Virus record (IMG/VR): IMGVR_UViG_3300036791_000462
Location: 43,111 to 107,110 of that record
Strand: one strand, 5' to 3'
From: a virus
Length of the DNA: 64,000 nucleotides
The position numbers and the translations under genes were made by a program. A model generated the notes under the pieces. It did no database searches, had not been told where the DNA came from, and saw only the letters and a program-made list of their open reading frames with translations. Below are positions 49,286 to 59,490 of this stretch, in pieces (positions within the stretch are counted from its first letter, which is position 1; every line of letters starts with the position of its first letter).

Positions 49286-49879
49286 GTTTCACCTCCCCTC
49301 TCCACTAGCTCGACAAGGGTGTCGGGATCGACCCAGCGCAGCGTGGTCCGCAGCCCCTGTGGGGTTACGTCGAGCCGCGCGAGCTTGACCTTGTCGGAGC
49401 GCTGGCCGTCGAAGTAGATGACCGTCTCGTACAGCGCCTTACCGCCGACGATGCGGATCCGCTTGTCGCCCTCGTAGCCGATCAGATCCCACGCGCGGAC
49501 GACGCCCCACCAGTCCACGGTGTTGGTGCAGGTCGTACATTCGACGCGGCCGTCCGGCCGGTTGATCGTGTCGCGGTCTTCGTAGCAGACCGCGCACCAC
49601 ATCAGCGGTCCCCCCTCAGCGATGCGCGCACGGCCTGGCGGCTGCGCTTGTCCTTGCGCACGCGGCCCTTGCCGGACTTGCCCATCGCCCCGGCGCTGTT
49701 GCGCTGGTGGGCAGCGACGGCGACCCAGGAGCGAACCTTGGTCTGTTTGGCGCTCATGCCCACAACTCCTCATCGAAGTGGTGCCAGAGCGGCGAGCGGC
49801 CGTACTGCGAGTCGGTCCACGGCGCGTCGAGCGCGTTGATCCAGCTTTGGATCCATGCCCTGAGCTTTCTCATCGCTGC

Positions 49880-49943
49880 CTCCTCGGTCGGTGGGGGCGG
49901 GGCCTCTCTCCCGCACCACCAGTATAACACACAACGTGTGTTA
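49880..49943 (-). promoter_or_regulatory. Repeated cassette (perfect palindrome 49925-49943)
   Basis: TAACACAC-AAC-GTGTGTTA, TGTTATACT; upstream stop at 49941. Confidence 0.85.
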
Positions 49944-50571
49944 GCTGCGTGCCCGGAGAACTGCGCGGCCCTTGTCGGTGATCCGCCAGCGCTCATGCGC
50001 GTTGCGCGACACGAGCCCGCGCTCCTCCAGCCGCCAGAGCACGTCGGAGCGGACGCCCAGCCACTTGGCGGTACGTCCGTTGCCGAACTCCAGCGAGCCG
50101 AGCACGGTCATCTGTCGGCGCGTCAGCTTCACGAGTCGTCGTCCTGCGCGTAGGGGTCGCGCCAGCCTCTGTCTTCACCGGCTCGCCACGCCGCCCACGA
50201 ATCGAGTTCGTCTTCGGTATCCATCGCGAGGTCGAGCAGCCGGTCGCGTTCCGCCAACTCGTCGTCAGTCAGCTTGCGCTGGCGCGGCAGCCCCCACCCG
50301 TAGTCCTGGCTGTCCCAGGTCATCACGCCTCCAGCGCCCGAGCGAACCCGAACGTGGCCTTGGTCTTGGTGGTCGCGGCCTCGGTCAGCATCACCGCGCC
50401 GACGTTGATCGTGATCGTCTCGCCGTCGGTCGTGATGAACTGGCGGATCCCGTCGTCGTCGCCCATCGTCCGGCGCTTCAGCGTCGAGCCGATATCGGCG
50501 GCGCGGCCCTTGACGGTCCTGGCGAGCCCGTTTGCGAAGTACAGAGTGGTCGCTGCGTCCATCCTTCAGGC

Positions 50572-50636
50572 CTCCTCGGTCGGGGGAGATTGCGCCCTTG
50601 GGGGCGCACCTAAAGAATAGCACACATCGCGCGCTA
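50572..50636 (-). promoter_or_regulatory. Repeated cassette (palindrome 50618-50636)
   Basis: TAGCACAC-ATC-GCGCGCTA, TGCGCCC/GGGCGCA hairpin; HNH stop at 50634. Confidence 0.75.
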
Positions 50637-51272
50637 GCGCACCCTGCGAGAGTGCCCTTTGATGAAGTGCGTCGGCTGTCCCTTCACGTGTCCCTTCGCG
50701 CTGTTCGTCATCTTCGCGATGGACGTTCTCTGACCGCAGCCGCACTCGCACAATCCGGGACCGAAGACCGGTTCTGGACGCTCAACTCGATCCCAGGTGT
50801 CCCCTCGTACCGCCATCTGCACGGTCGAGATCGAGACGCCGTATTCGTCGGCGAGAGCACGGCTGCGTTCGCCTGTGTGGTAGCGCTCGCGAATCGCTCG
50901 CACGCTCTCCAGGGTTAGCCTGCTCGCCTGCCGCTCGCGGTCGTACATATCGGCGGCGTTGTCGCGCTGGCTTCCGCCAAGCAGATGCGACGGGTTACAG
51001 CAAGGCGGGTTGTCGCAGGTGTGTCTGACTGATCGCGGCAGCGTGCCGTGGGTCAACTCGAAGATCAACCGTGTGGCTTGCCGAACTTTTTGGCCTCCCT
51101 CCACCACGACCACAAGCTGCCCGTAGCCATGGCTCTGCCTTCCCACCCAGAGCCAGCACTCGTCCGGTCCGCGAACGTCAACCTTCGCCCACAGCCGCTC
51201 GATCAGTCGCGAGGTCCACGGCGTCTCAGTACCCGTCGTCGTCGCTGTCGTCGTCGCTGCCGTGGAATCCAT
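50634..51272 (-). CDS. HNH endonuclease with HTH and Cys-rich C-terminus
   Basis: ECWLW...GYG...VRHTCDNPPCCNPSHL.GS..DN..DM; LCECGCG; start uncertain, overlaps the TerL end. Confidence 0.85.
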   Translation of the reverse strand: MDSTAATTTATTTGTETPWTSRLIERLWAKVDVRGPDECWLWVGRQSHGYGQLVVVVEGGQKVRQATRLIFELTHGTLPRSVRHTCDNPPCCNPSHLLGGSQRDNAADMYDRERQASRLTLESVRAIRERYHTGERSRALADEYGVSISTVQMAVRGDTWDRVERPEPVFGPGLCECGCGQRTSIAKMTNSAKGHVKGQPTHFIKGHSRRVR

Positions 51273-52977
51273 TGCTGTCGTCGTAGACGTACGAGCCGTC
51301 GTCACGGCCTGGGGAATACTCCATCGAGTCTTCGCGCAGCGTCGAGCGCTGGAACCCCAGTTGTTCCATCTCGTCTATGGACGTGATCTCCTCGCGACCC
51401 ACCTGTTGCCGTATCCAAAGACATTCCGACGCAACAACAGAGTAGCAAAAGGCTTGCATGTAGTCGTCGGGACCGTCGGCGCGGTAGAGCACCTTGACCT
51501 TGCCGAGATCGTCCTGCTCGACAGAGCGGACGTTCGAGCACATCTGCGCGACGAATGCTTCAGGGAGGTCTTGGGGGAGGTGTTCGCGTTGGGCGCGGAT
51601 GCGTTCCTGGGCAGCGTCTATCGCCTCGGTGCGCCGCACGCTCGCGCGGCGTTGGAGGTCGTTCACGGTCAGCACGTCCTTCTGCTCGCCGGTGGCGTAG
51701 TTGACGATGAACACGCGACCGGCGAAGCGGTTCGCAAACGCTGCCGCGAGACGCCCTTCGGGGAGGTGGTCGATGCCTGCCATGTTCACCCGGAAGCGGT
51801 CCATCAGCTTCGCGAGATCCTCGAAGCTGTCCACCAGCCCGACGTGCAGCGCGCGGCTCTGGGTGTCGCTCGTGTGCTCGCTGACCCACACGTTCAGCGA
51901 GCGGGTGCTCGCGACATCGACGCCCATCGTGACGGGGTTGGCCCCGGTGTACGCCTGCTGCTGGGTGTAGTCGCGCTGGGCGGCAGCGATCATCGCAGCG
52001 GTCAGCCTCGCTCCCTCGGCCTCCCACGGCTCCCCGAGATCGCGGTTGTAGAAGACCTGGCGGCGGTAGACCACCTGTTCGCGGGACGCGGCGATCAGCT
52101 TCGGAACGATCTCCTCGCTGGGGAGGATCAGCTTTGTCACGTGGTAGCCGCGCACGTCACGGCCGGGGTAGGTCGCGACCCACTCGCCGACGGCGACGTT
52201 CAGTGGACCGCGACGACACTGAGAACACACCCTGCCGCCGCGATCCAGGTCTATGTTCTCAGGCCACCGCACCGCCTGCCACAGGCCGCAGAACTCGCAG
52301 CGGACAGTCCACTCGCGCTGGTCACTCTTGTCCCACTCCTTGTGGATCCCGTGCTGAGAGATCGTCGGGAAGCCGATCCGGCGGATCAACCCGAGCGAGT
52401 CCTGCCCGCCGACACGGCGCTCGGCGATAGGGATGTGCGCCTGGACCAACAGGTCGTGCTCATCGAGGCACAGCGCGTCGGCGTCGATGCTCTCAAGCCC
52501 GGCCTCGGCCTCGCTGCCTCGGAAGTAGCAGATCCCGAGCCCCACGGACTTCAGCGTCTTGTTCATCACGCTGGCGGGCGGGACGCGGGTGCGGAGGTAC
52601 TCGCCGAGAATCAGCGGTTTGATGCGCCCGTCGGAGAAGTCGAGTAGCTGACGTTCGCGTGGGAACAGGTAGAGCACGCGCGCACCGTGCATGTCGGCCC
52701 AGCACAACGCCCAGCGCACGAGCCACGCGGAGATCCCAAGCTGGGTCGCTTTCATCACCACAACCTCTTTGTCATCGAACCCCTGCTCGTAGAGTTCGCG
52801 CTGGAACGGCCAGCGGCGGAAGTCGAGCGGGCCTTTGGATTCGGGCACCTTGATCGCCCAGTCCAGGAAGCTCGCGCGGCGCTGCTCGGCGGCGTCCAGG
52901 TCGGATTGGAGCGCGTCGAGGAAAGCGTCGGTGACGCTCAGCTTGAAGCTGTCACGCGGATCGAGCTTCAGCGGCAC
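51226..52977 (-). CDS. terL: Terminase large subunit (gpA-like)
   Basis: VVMKATQLGIS, YLFP, LCLDEHD, GFPT, CEFC..CSQC, FYNRDLGEPW, MGVDV, PDDYMQA. Confidence 0.9.
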   Translation of the reverse strand: MPLKLDPRDSFKLSVTDAFLDALQSDLDAAEQRRASFLDWAIKVPESKGPLDFRRWPFQRELYEQGFDDKEVVVMKATQLGISAWLVRWALCWADMHGARVLYLFPRERQLLDFSDGRIKPLILGEYLRTRVPPASVMNKTLKSVGLGICYFRGSEAEAGLESIDADALCLDEHDLLVQAHIPIAERRVGGQDSLGLIRRIGFPTISQHGIHKEWDKSDQREWTVRCEFCGLWQAVRWPENIDLDRGGRVCSQCRRGPLNVAVGEWVATYPGRDVRGYHVTKLILPSEEIVPKLIAASREQVVYRRQVFYNRDLGEPWEAEGARLTAAMIAAAQRDYTQQQAYTGANPVTMGVDVASTRSLNVWVSEHTSDTQSRALHVGLVDSFEDLAKLMDRFRVNMAGIDHLPEGRLAAAFANRFAGRVFIVNYATGEQKDVLTVNDLQRRASVRRTEAIDAAQERIRAQREHLPQDLPEAFVAQMCSNVRSVEQDDLGKVKVLYRADGPDDYMQAFCYSVVASECLWIRQQVGREEITSIDEMEQLGFQRSTLREDSMEYSPGRDDGSYVYDDSNGFHGSDDDSDDDGY

Positions 52978-53165
52978 GGGTGATCCTTTCGAGGTGGTAG
53001 GCGCAGTAGCTCTCGCGCGGCATCGCCTGCTCCGGGCAGCCGGGCGTCTCGCAGCGTTTACTCACCGGCCGTCGGCCTGAGCGCATCCTGGCGACACCGT
53101 CTCGTTCCATCGCTCCCGCCACCGCCGCGAACTGGTCACGGTGCTCGACGCAGAAACGCGAGCCC

Positions 53166-53753
53166 TCAGCCCGATCCGTTGGACACCTGGGGCTGCTGCA
53201 CCGCATCGGCTCGGAGCGTGTCGAGGATCGCGCGCTTCATCTCCGGGGTGGCTCCCTGCTCTGTGAGGACGGTCACGAGCCGGACGGCGAGCGATTGCAC
53301 GTCGAGTTCGAGGCGCAGGGTGCCGAGGTCGTGCGGGAGGATGCCGGTCGCTTGCATCAGTTCGGCGGTGCGGGTCAGCGCGTTCATCTGGGCGTTGATC
53401 GCGGAGATCTCGGTCGCCTCGGTGGTGGTCGAGTCGGCGACCTCGGCTAGCTGCTCGACCCAGCTTTCGAGCCGGTCGAGCATCCCGTGAACGATGGCGA
53501 TGGGATCGCGGCCCTGGTAGGTCGCCTGGTTGGCGTCACGCCACTGCCCGTAGATCTCCTTGCACTGGCGCTGGGTGAGGTCGTACTTGGAGGACAGGTA
53601 CGCCCAGCCCTGGCCGCGCAGCTTGTCGCGGATCAGTTCAGCGTTGCGCGCTTCGCGCTCGCGCTCGGTGAGCCCCGGCTTGCGCCCGTGCTTGCGCCCC
53701 TCGGCATCGGCCATGCCCTCAATCGTGCGCTTGTCGGCGGGCTCGTCCGTCAC
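53166..53753 (-). CDS. Terminase small subunit candidate
   Basis: HTH-like N-terminus plus helical body, upstream of TerL. Confidence 0.6.
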   Translation of the reverse strand: MTDEPADKRTIEGMADAEGRKHGRKPGLTEREREARNAELIRDKLRGQGWAYLSSKYDLTQRQCKEIYGQWRDANQATYQGRDPIAIVHGMLDRLESWVEQLAEVADSTTTEATEISAINAQMNALTRTAELMQATGILPHDLGTLRLELDVQSLAVRLVTVLTEQGATPEMKRAILDTLRADAVQQPQVSNGSG

Positions 53754-54632
53754 GGCTTCAAGCGTACCGCCGCGCTGGTGCCCTACTGGGACTGGGTATC
53801 GACCTGGGCCGGATGCGGCGGCTCGGCCGTCTGCGCTGCCTGGGTCGCAGCGGTGAGTTGGGTCGTGACCGATTGCAGGCTGTCGTGGATCTCGTCTAGC
53901 TGGGCCTGGGTGACGGTGCCCGCTTGCATGGTGGTAATGAGGTTCGCGAGCGTTTCCAACTCGTTCGCAGCCGCCGCCTCGGCGTCCTTGAGCGCTGCGA
54001 TGTCCGCCTGTATCTGCGCGATGTCAGCCATCATCTTCTCCAGTAGATCGGTGAGGGGCCAGAACTGCAGGTACCTGGCGCGGAGTTGCCGTAGGTAATC
54101 GAACACGTCGTCCATGCCTGGTAGCGCGCATCCTACGCCAGTGGGATCAGCGCATGCGTTCCGCGAGCCAGGCGTCACGCTTGGCGACACGGTCGCGCTG
54201 CTTCTTCTCGCTCTCGGAGCCGAGTTCGACCCCGAGCCCGCAGCGGCGGCACAGGCCGCGTGGCGCGTCGTGGCCGTGCTGTTCGCAGACGAGCGCTGCC
54301 GCCTGTGGCTCTGGCATCCCGTCGGAGCGCAGCGACAGGTAGTGGCCGAGCGCGAGGTACTCCTCTACGGCCGTCTCGTCGTAGCCGTGAAAGTCTTTGA
54401 TCCGGCCGTGTAGCTCGGCGCGCAGATCGACGGGCTCCTGCGACTCAGGCGGTGGGGGGCTCGTCGTCACGGTCGAAGTACCCTGACAGGCGCGCGGGGC
54501 CAATCCGAATGTCGATCCCCCACCTGCCTACCTCCACGTAGCACCGTCTGGGTCCGAGGCGAAGCCAGCGCACGTCCTGCTCGTCGCCGCTGCGGTCGTA
54601 GCGGGTGTACCACGGTCGGCTGACGAGCGCCA

Positions 54633-54929
54633 TTAGAACGGCTCGACGGGCTCGACCTTCAGTTTCTTGGTGATCTCCTCACGGGTACGAAGCGCTTCGG
54701 CCCAGTTACGCATCGGGACTGCGCGCCAGATGCCCTCGCGGCCCTTCGCGACCTCGGTGACAGCGTTGTGGCGGATCGTGGTAGTCGCGCCACCGGCTTC
54801 GACCCATGCGACCACGGTGTCGCCGTTGTCGTCTTTGAGTTCGCGCTGTTCCAGCACGACGTACTCGGTCGGCTGCTGGGTGCGGCCGTTCGTCTTGCCG
54901 TCTTCTTTGGCTGCCGCTTTGGTCGCCAT
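54633..54929 (-). CDS. Hypothetical protein
   Basis: 98 aa, coupled to the HTH gene. Confidence 0.5.
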   Translation of the reverse strand: MATKAAAKEDGKTNGRTQQPTEYVVLEQRELKDDNGDTVVAWVEAGGATTTIRHNAVTEVAKGREGIWRAVPMRNWAEALRTREEITKKLKVEPVEPF

Positions 54930-55258
54930 CAGCTTGCCGCCGCGCGCTTGCGGGTGCGCTTTGGTTTGACCGGCTCTGGTTCCGGCTCGGGTTCGGGGTC
55001 ACGGTTGCGGCGGTTCGCTTCTACCCAGTCGCTCATGCGCTCGATGTCCTTCCGGTGCCAGATCGGGGTTGCTTGTAGTCTCGCTGCTGTCGGTGGCATC
55101 ACGCCTCGCTTGATCCAGCGACCGATGCGAGGTCGCTCGACGCCGAGGAGTTCCGCGACCTCTGCGGTGCCGACGACATCGAGTTGCCGGACCTGCTTCG
55201 GCTGCTTCGGCCTTGGGGGTATGTGCCCGTTTCTTTCTAGGATTTTGACGCTGCTCAT
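54929..55258 (-). CDS. Excisionase/AlpA-like HTH regulator
   Basis: VVGTAEVAELLGV....IGRW.....MP.P.A.LQATPIW...DIE; own TGTGTTATGCT promoter. Confidence 0.75.
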   Translation of the reverse strand: MSSVKILERNGHIPPRPKQPKQVRQLDVVGTAEVAELLGVERPRIGRWIKRGVMPPTAARLQATPIWHRKDIERMSDWVEANRRNRDPEPEPEPEPVKPKRTRKRAAAS

Positions 55259-55639
55259 ACCCTCCAGCATAACACAAGATTGGCGCTTGGTGCGGTCAGC
55301 GTCCCATCCGGCGTCGGATGGCATCGAGGGTCGGGCAGATGTACCCGTTGTAGCGGTGGGTGCAGCCCTCGCCGAGCGCGGCGATCTCCGCCATCGTGGT
55401 GCGGGTCGTGATCGGGCACCGGCATCCCCGGTTGCGGTCTAGCTCATCGCGGATGATCGTCTGCAGCTTGGTGCGAGCCTCCTGCTCGCGGTGGCGCTCC
55501 GCGCCCTCCTGTAGCCGGTCGCGGTCGCGCTGCCGTTTGCGAGCGGCGCGCTCCTCCTCTAGCGGTGTCGTCATCACAGCCATCGGGTTCTCCTCGGTCG
55601 GGTGGTGCCCGACGGCGGGTGACCGCCGGGCACCTGGGG

Positions 55640-56002
55640 TTAGTTCGGGAAGCGCTGCAGCGGCATTTCGATCTCGCGGTCGGGAGCTTCGCGCAGCGCC
55701 TGGATGCACGCTCGATGGATCGAGCCGCGTCCGCTCAGCCGCAGCACCGATTCGGGTAGATGCCCGATTCGGTGTGTGCTGAGCGCCTCTGCAGCCGCGT
55801 AGCCGGTGAACAGCCGGTTGTCGATGCTCTCGTCCAGCCAGCCGCCCAGGCCGCGTGCCTTCATTGCTGCCGACACCTGCGCGGGTGTTTGGGTCGGCAC
55901 GACGGCGCGGTCATGGGCGTCGAGTTCGTCCAGCTTCTCAACGTCGTAGACGCTGTGCGAGTCGAGGTCGCTCAGCCAGTCAGCCAGTTCTTTGTTGGTC
56001 AT
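55640..56002 (-). CDS. Hypothetical protein
   Basis: Packed ORF with RBS. Confidence 0.5.
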   Translation of the reverse strand: MTNKELADWLSDLDSHSVYDVEKLDELDAHDRAVVPTQTPAQVSAAMKARGLGGWLDESIDNRLFTGYAAAEALSTHRIGHLPESVLRLSGRGSIHRACIQALREAPDREIEMPLQRFPN

Positions 56003-56004
56003 AG

Positions 56005-56433
56005 TCACCTCCCTTCTGTCCAGTAGCCGTACACGCAGCGGGTGCCGTCACGCGACGGGTCGTGCGTGTCATGGATCACGCCGTCGATCACGGCGGTGAC
56101 GTGTTTGGACACCGAGACGATCAGTCGCCCGTCGGGCAGTTCGCCGTTTGCGAGGTGCACGGTGCAGCCTGAGCCGATCTGCATCGTCGGCGTCCAGTCC
56201 CAGCCGAGGCTGGCGAGATACCGGCGGAGGGTTGGGGACTTCACGCCTGTGCGCGCGTGCGAGCGTCTGCTCCCGCTGCGGGGTCGTTCGCGTTGCGCGA
56301 CCTGGTTGAGCGCGTCGTAGATCTGCAGGTACGGGATGCCGGTGGCGATGGCTATCGCGCGGGTCACGCAGTCACCTGTCGTGCCTTTGAACCCGGCGGC
56401 GGCTCTGCCGCCGTCGTCGTGTACCCACTGCAT
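56005..56433 (-). CDS. Conserved phage protein (GDCVTRAIAIA; peptidase-like Cys-His-Asp)
   Basis: GDCVTRAI...KHVTAVIDGVIHDT.D...VYGYW. Confidence 0.7.
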   Translation of the reverse strand: MQWVHDDGGRAAAGFKGTTGDCVTRAIAIATGIPYLQIYDALNQVAQRERPRSGSRRSHARTGVKSPTLRRYLASLGWDWTPTMQIGSGCTVHLANGELPDGRLIVSVSKHVTAVIDGVIHDTHDPSRDGTRCVYGYWTEGR

Positions 56434-56678
56434 CAGCGTTCGTCTTCTCTACGGGTCGCGAAGTGGAACCCGTGGCAGAAGCTGCACTCGTAGATGCACT
56501 TGCCAGAGACTCTGTAGCGCTCGGCATGTGTGATTGCAGCCTGGCGCGTTTTGAACCTGCGCTTCGGTTTACCGTCTGCGCGGAAGTGTTCACCAACTAT
56601 CCTGGTCACTGCAGACTCCTCGGTCGATGTGGAGTGACCCGAAGGCCACTCACACATTATAGCATCCGAGGTGTAAGG

Positions 56679-57338
56679 TCAGTCGATCCGCGACTCACCG
56701 TAAGCGGTGATCCCACCCTCGCGCAGCACCTCGGCGACCGCGTAAGCGGCTGCCTCCCACCTGGTCAGTGACTGTGAGCCACGGTCACCGCAGATCTTCC
56801 ACAGGCTCATGCGCACACCGCCCGCGTAACTGTCAGGTGAGCCGTAGCCCTCCTTGATCAGCCACCGTGCGAATCGTGAGCCGCCCGGCCGGACGCTCAC
56901 CCAACCGAAGCCGCAGACACCCTCGCGCACTTCGTAGATGTTCTCGTTGGGATCGAACCCGCCGCCGTCGCCGCCCATCAGCGACCCCATCACGTCCTTC
57001 GGCGTACCGACGTACATCGTTGTCGGGATCGCTTCCCGGAATGCTTTCTCGCCAGCCTCAGCCGCACGTGCGAGCAGGGACTTCATCTCGGCCGTGCTCA
57101 GCTTGGTCGAGCCGCCCCCGCCGCTTGCCTTGTTCCGGCAAGTCGAGCAGATCGCGTACTCGCTCAGGGAGCCAGCGTCCTGACGCTCGATCCGACCGCG
57201 ACTCCACGAGCCGCGCCGGTCGCCCTTGATCTCGGACACGTCCTTGCCGCAGATCGTGCGACTGGAGTCGGAGTCGGTCGCGTAGTGCCAGCGGGGCTGA
57301 CGGTACGCGCCCGGATTGGTCTTCCGGATCGCTTCCAT
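56679..57338 (-). CDS. Hypothetical protein (CGFGWV motif)
   Basis: GVCGFGWV.V.PG...FARWL...QS....EAAA.A.A.VL...GI.AY..SRID. Confidence 0.65.
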   Translation of the reverse strand: MEAIRKTNPGAYRQPRWHYATDSDSSRTICGKDVSEIKGDRRGSWSRGRIERQDAGSLSEYAICSTCRNKASGGGGSTKLSTAEMKSLLARAAEAGEKAFREAIPTTMYVGTPKDVMGSLMGGDGGGFDPNENIYEVREGVCGFGWVSVRPGGSRFARWLIKEGYGSPDSYAGGVRMSLWKICGDRGSQSLTRWEAAAYAVAEVLREGGITAYGESRID

Positions 57339-57347
57339 TCTTCAAAC

Positions 57348-57460
57348 CTCCTCGGTCGGGGGAAGTCGGGGCTATCACCCCGCACCTACAGAGTAGCACA
57401 TATCGTGTGCTGGGCGTGCTATGATGTTCGTGCGGGCATGAGCCCGTATGACCGAGGAGG
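57348..57460. promoter_or_regulatory. Divergent cassette pair
   Basis: Palindrome 57394-57412; plus-strand TGCTATGAT; (C)GACCGAGGAG on both strands. Confidence 0.75.
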
Positions 57461-57465
57461 AAGAC

Positions 57466-57654
57466 TTGAGCATCGCACTGACCAGAGCGCAGGCCGTGGC
57501 GCTCACCAAGCTGATTGTCGATGACGTGATCGAGAGCGACAGCGGCGATCTGCTGCTGACCCCGCAAGGCAGCGGCAGCATCTACGCAGCGTTCCAGCGC
57601 GGGAGTTTCACGATCCTCACTGACGGCACCACCACCGAGGAGGACTTCGGCTGA
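57466..57654 (+). CDS. Small hypothetical protein
   Basis: TTG after GACCGAGGAGG. Confidence 0.5.
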   Translation: MSIALTRAQAVALTKLIVDDVIESDSGDLLLTPQGSGSIYAAFQRGSFTILTDGTTTEEDFG

Positions 57655-57655
57655 G

Positions 57656-57934
57656 ATGGCACGGTCCCGTGAGCAGGCGAAGCGTCAGATGGCGCGTAGC
57701 TGGCGGCGACTGGCTGCTTCGTCAGCCGCTCGCGTCGATGCGCTGCTGCACGCGATCACCATCGCGCAACTCTCGACGGACCTTGAGGTTGGGAGCTTGC
57801 GGAAGGTTCTGACCGCCGAAGTTGAAAGCCACCTGTATCACCAGGCTCGCGCCGACGGCGACGCCCACCCAGCGGCGCTGGAGAAGTCCCGACAGGGTCG
57901 CAAGCAGGTGGACGCGCTCGCTGGCTGGAACTAG
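57656..57934 (+). CDS. Hypothetical protein
   Basis: Coupled to the previous gene; followed by hairpins. Confidence 0.45.
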   Translation: MARSREQAKRQMARSWRRLAASSAARVDALLHAITIAQLSTDLEVGSLRKVLTAEVESHLYHQARADGDAHPAALEKSRQGRKQVDALAGWN

Positions 57935-58009
57935 GAGAGGGGGGCCAGCCTCAGCCGACCCCCCTCTTATTGCGTTTGCGCTCAGTGCGCGTGCAATAAG
58001 TTCCCGAGG

Positions 58010-58056
58010 TGACCGGCCCCCTGGACACCGGGTAAGTGAGGGGGCCGGTCTTTCTC
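58010..58056. terminator. Hairpin between convergent genes
   Basis: GACCGGCCCCC...GGGGGCCGGTC-TTTCT; a second hairpin GAGGGGG/CCCCCTC at 57938-57967. Confidence 0.55.
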
Positions 58057-58203
58057 CTCGGTGTAAGTCTGCCCTACTCGTCCTCGTCGGGAGCAGGTTC
58101 CGTCCCTGGGTCGGGCTCGACGGGGGTGGGCTCGGGCTCGGCGGGCTCCGTCGGGACTTCAGGCTCTTGGACGCTCACGTCATGCTCCTCGGTTGGGGTT
58201 GCC

Positions 58204-58752
58204 TCAGCCGGTCAACGCTAACTGATCGGAGGGGCTCTGTGCTGCTAGCTCCAGTTGGCCGTCCTCCGCGCAAGCAGACACCACCCAGACCCGGATCTCG
58301 GCGCGGGGCGGATCTCCGTAGCGCTTCTCCGCACGGACGGAGACGACCTGGCCGTCGTCGGCGTACAACACGCCTGTGAGCGCGTCGAGGATCGCACGCA
58401 GGTACTTGTCCACGTCGGGCCGGACGGCCGGATACGTGGGCGCGGAGGCTTTCAGCAGGTGCGCGTTGCGGCCTGTACCGAAGTGCCCGGAGTTGCGCGA
58501 CTGGTAGAAGATCACCTCAACGCCAACCGGCTGGTTCGGGGCGATCCGGCCACCCGCCTTCTCGCGAGCTTCCAGCGCACAGCTTGCGACAGCGTGCTCC
58601 CACACGCGACCGCGCGCACCGGCAGCGTTGCGGGTGACGACCGCTGGGTTACCGTTCTCGCGTACGACAATCGAGCCGTCCTTGTGCTTAGCCACGAAAC
58701 TCGAAGTCGAGCCCTTCGTCACCGGCTTACCGATCACCGTGAACTGGATCAT
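58204..58752 (-). CDS. rusA: RusA-family Holliday junction resolvase
   Basis: F.V.GKPV.KGS, RPDVDKYLRAILDALTG....DDGQVV.....KRY. Confidence 0.9.
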   Translation of the reverse strand: MIQFTVIGKPVTKGSTSSFVAKHKDGSIVVRENGNPAVVTRNAAGARGRVWEHAVASCALEAREKAGGRIAPNQPVGVEVIFYQSRNSGHFGTGRNAHLLKASAPTYPAVRPDVDKYLRAILDALTGVLYADDGQVVSVRAEKRYGDPPRAEIRVWVVSACAEDGQLELAAQSPSDQLALTG

Positions 58753-59485
58753 GCTGTGAGTCTACGACCCGCCTCAGACGAGCTTTGTTGGGCTCGGGTT
58801 TCGGGTACGGCAGCGGCGTCAGCTTGAGCGCACGCCGGGCTCGGCGGGTGCGCGGCTTGACGTAGCGATACTTCGGGATGCCCTCGATCCGCGTCCACCC
58901 TCGCTCGGCGGCGACACGCGCCTCGCCCTGGTAGGGCCGCTCGCCGTCTCGGAGTCCCTGCTCGACCGCGATCCGCCACGGCCGCTTCTTGCCGACGCGC
59001 GTTTTGCCGTCAGAGTCCAGGTAGTGGTAGGCACTTTTGGTCCGGCCGGTGTAGAGCCACGACGCTGCCTGGTAAAGCCCACCGTGGTTGCGGTATTCGG
59101 TGTTGGCGTCGGTGTGGGGATAGGGGTCTGCGTAGGCGACAAGCATCTCGATCTGGGGCGGTAGCTGCGCAACCGTGCGCCTGAGGAACCACGTCCCAGT
59201 GTTCGGGTCCAGGCCGTCGATGGTGTAGAAACGGGTTAGCTCGGCGGTGTTGGCGCGGGTGCCGCCGTCCCACAGCGAGGCGGTGACGTTCTCACGGACG
59301 GGCGGGGCGAACACGGCAGCGCCGACGAGCAGGCTGGGAGCGAAGCTCAGTTGCCCGGTCGTGGTTGCCGCTGCGTACAGCCCGTAGTTGTGCCCGCCGG
59401 TCCAGACGGTTCCGAGGTAGTGCCCCTGTTCGAGCAGGCCGCGTGCCGTGGCGATGTCGATGGGGCGCACCTCGTAGTCGTCCAT
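58727..59485 (-). CDS. Mom-like GNAT-fold DNA-modification protein
   Basis: HYL, ELTRFY, LVAYADP...HGGLYQAASWLYTG, KYRY, PYPK. Confidence 0.75.
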   Translation of the reverse strand: MDDYEVRPIDIATARGLLEQGHYLGTVWTGGHNYGLYAAATTTGQLSFAPSLLVGAAVFAPPVRENVTASLWDGGTRANTAELTRFYTIDGLDPNTGTWFLRRTVAQLPPQIEMLVAYADPYPHTDANTEYRNHGGLYQAASWLYTGRTKSAYHYLDSDGKTRVGKKRPWRIAVEQGLRDGERPYQGEARVAAERGWTRIEGIPKYRYVKPRTRRARRALKLTPLPYPKPEPNKARLRRVVDSQHDPVHGDR

Positions 59486-59490
59486 TCCGT

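Noticed and set aside
44045-50636. CRISPR array or true integron attC sites for the recurring palindromes
   Set aside because: Repeats are degenerate and separated by 0.7-2.5 kb of genes. The 19-bp palindrome is much shorter than attC, and no cas or integron-integrase gene was seen.
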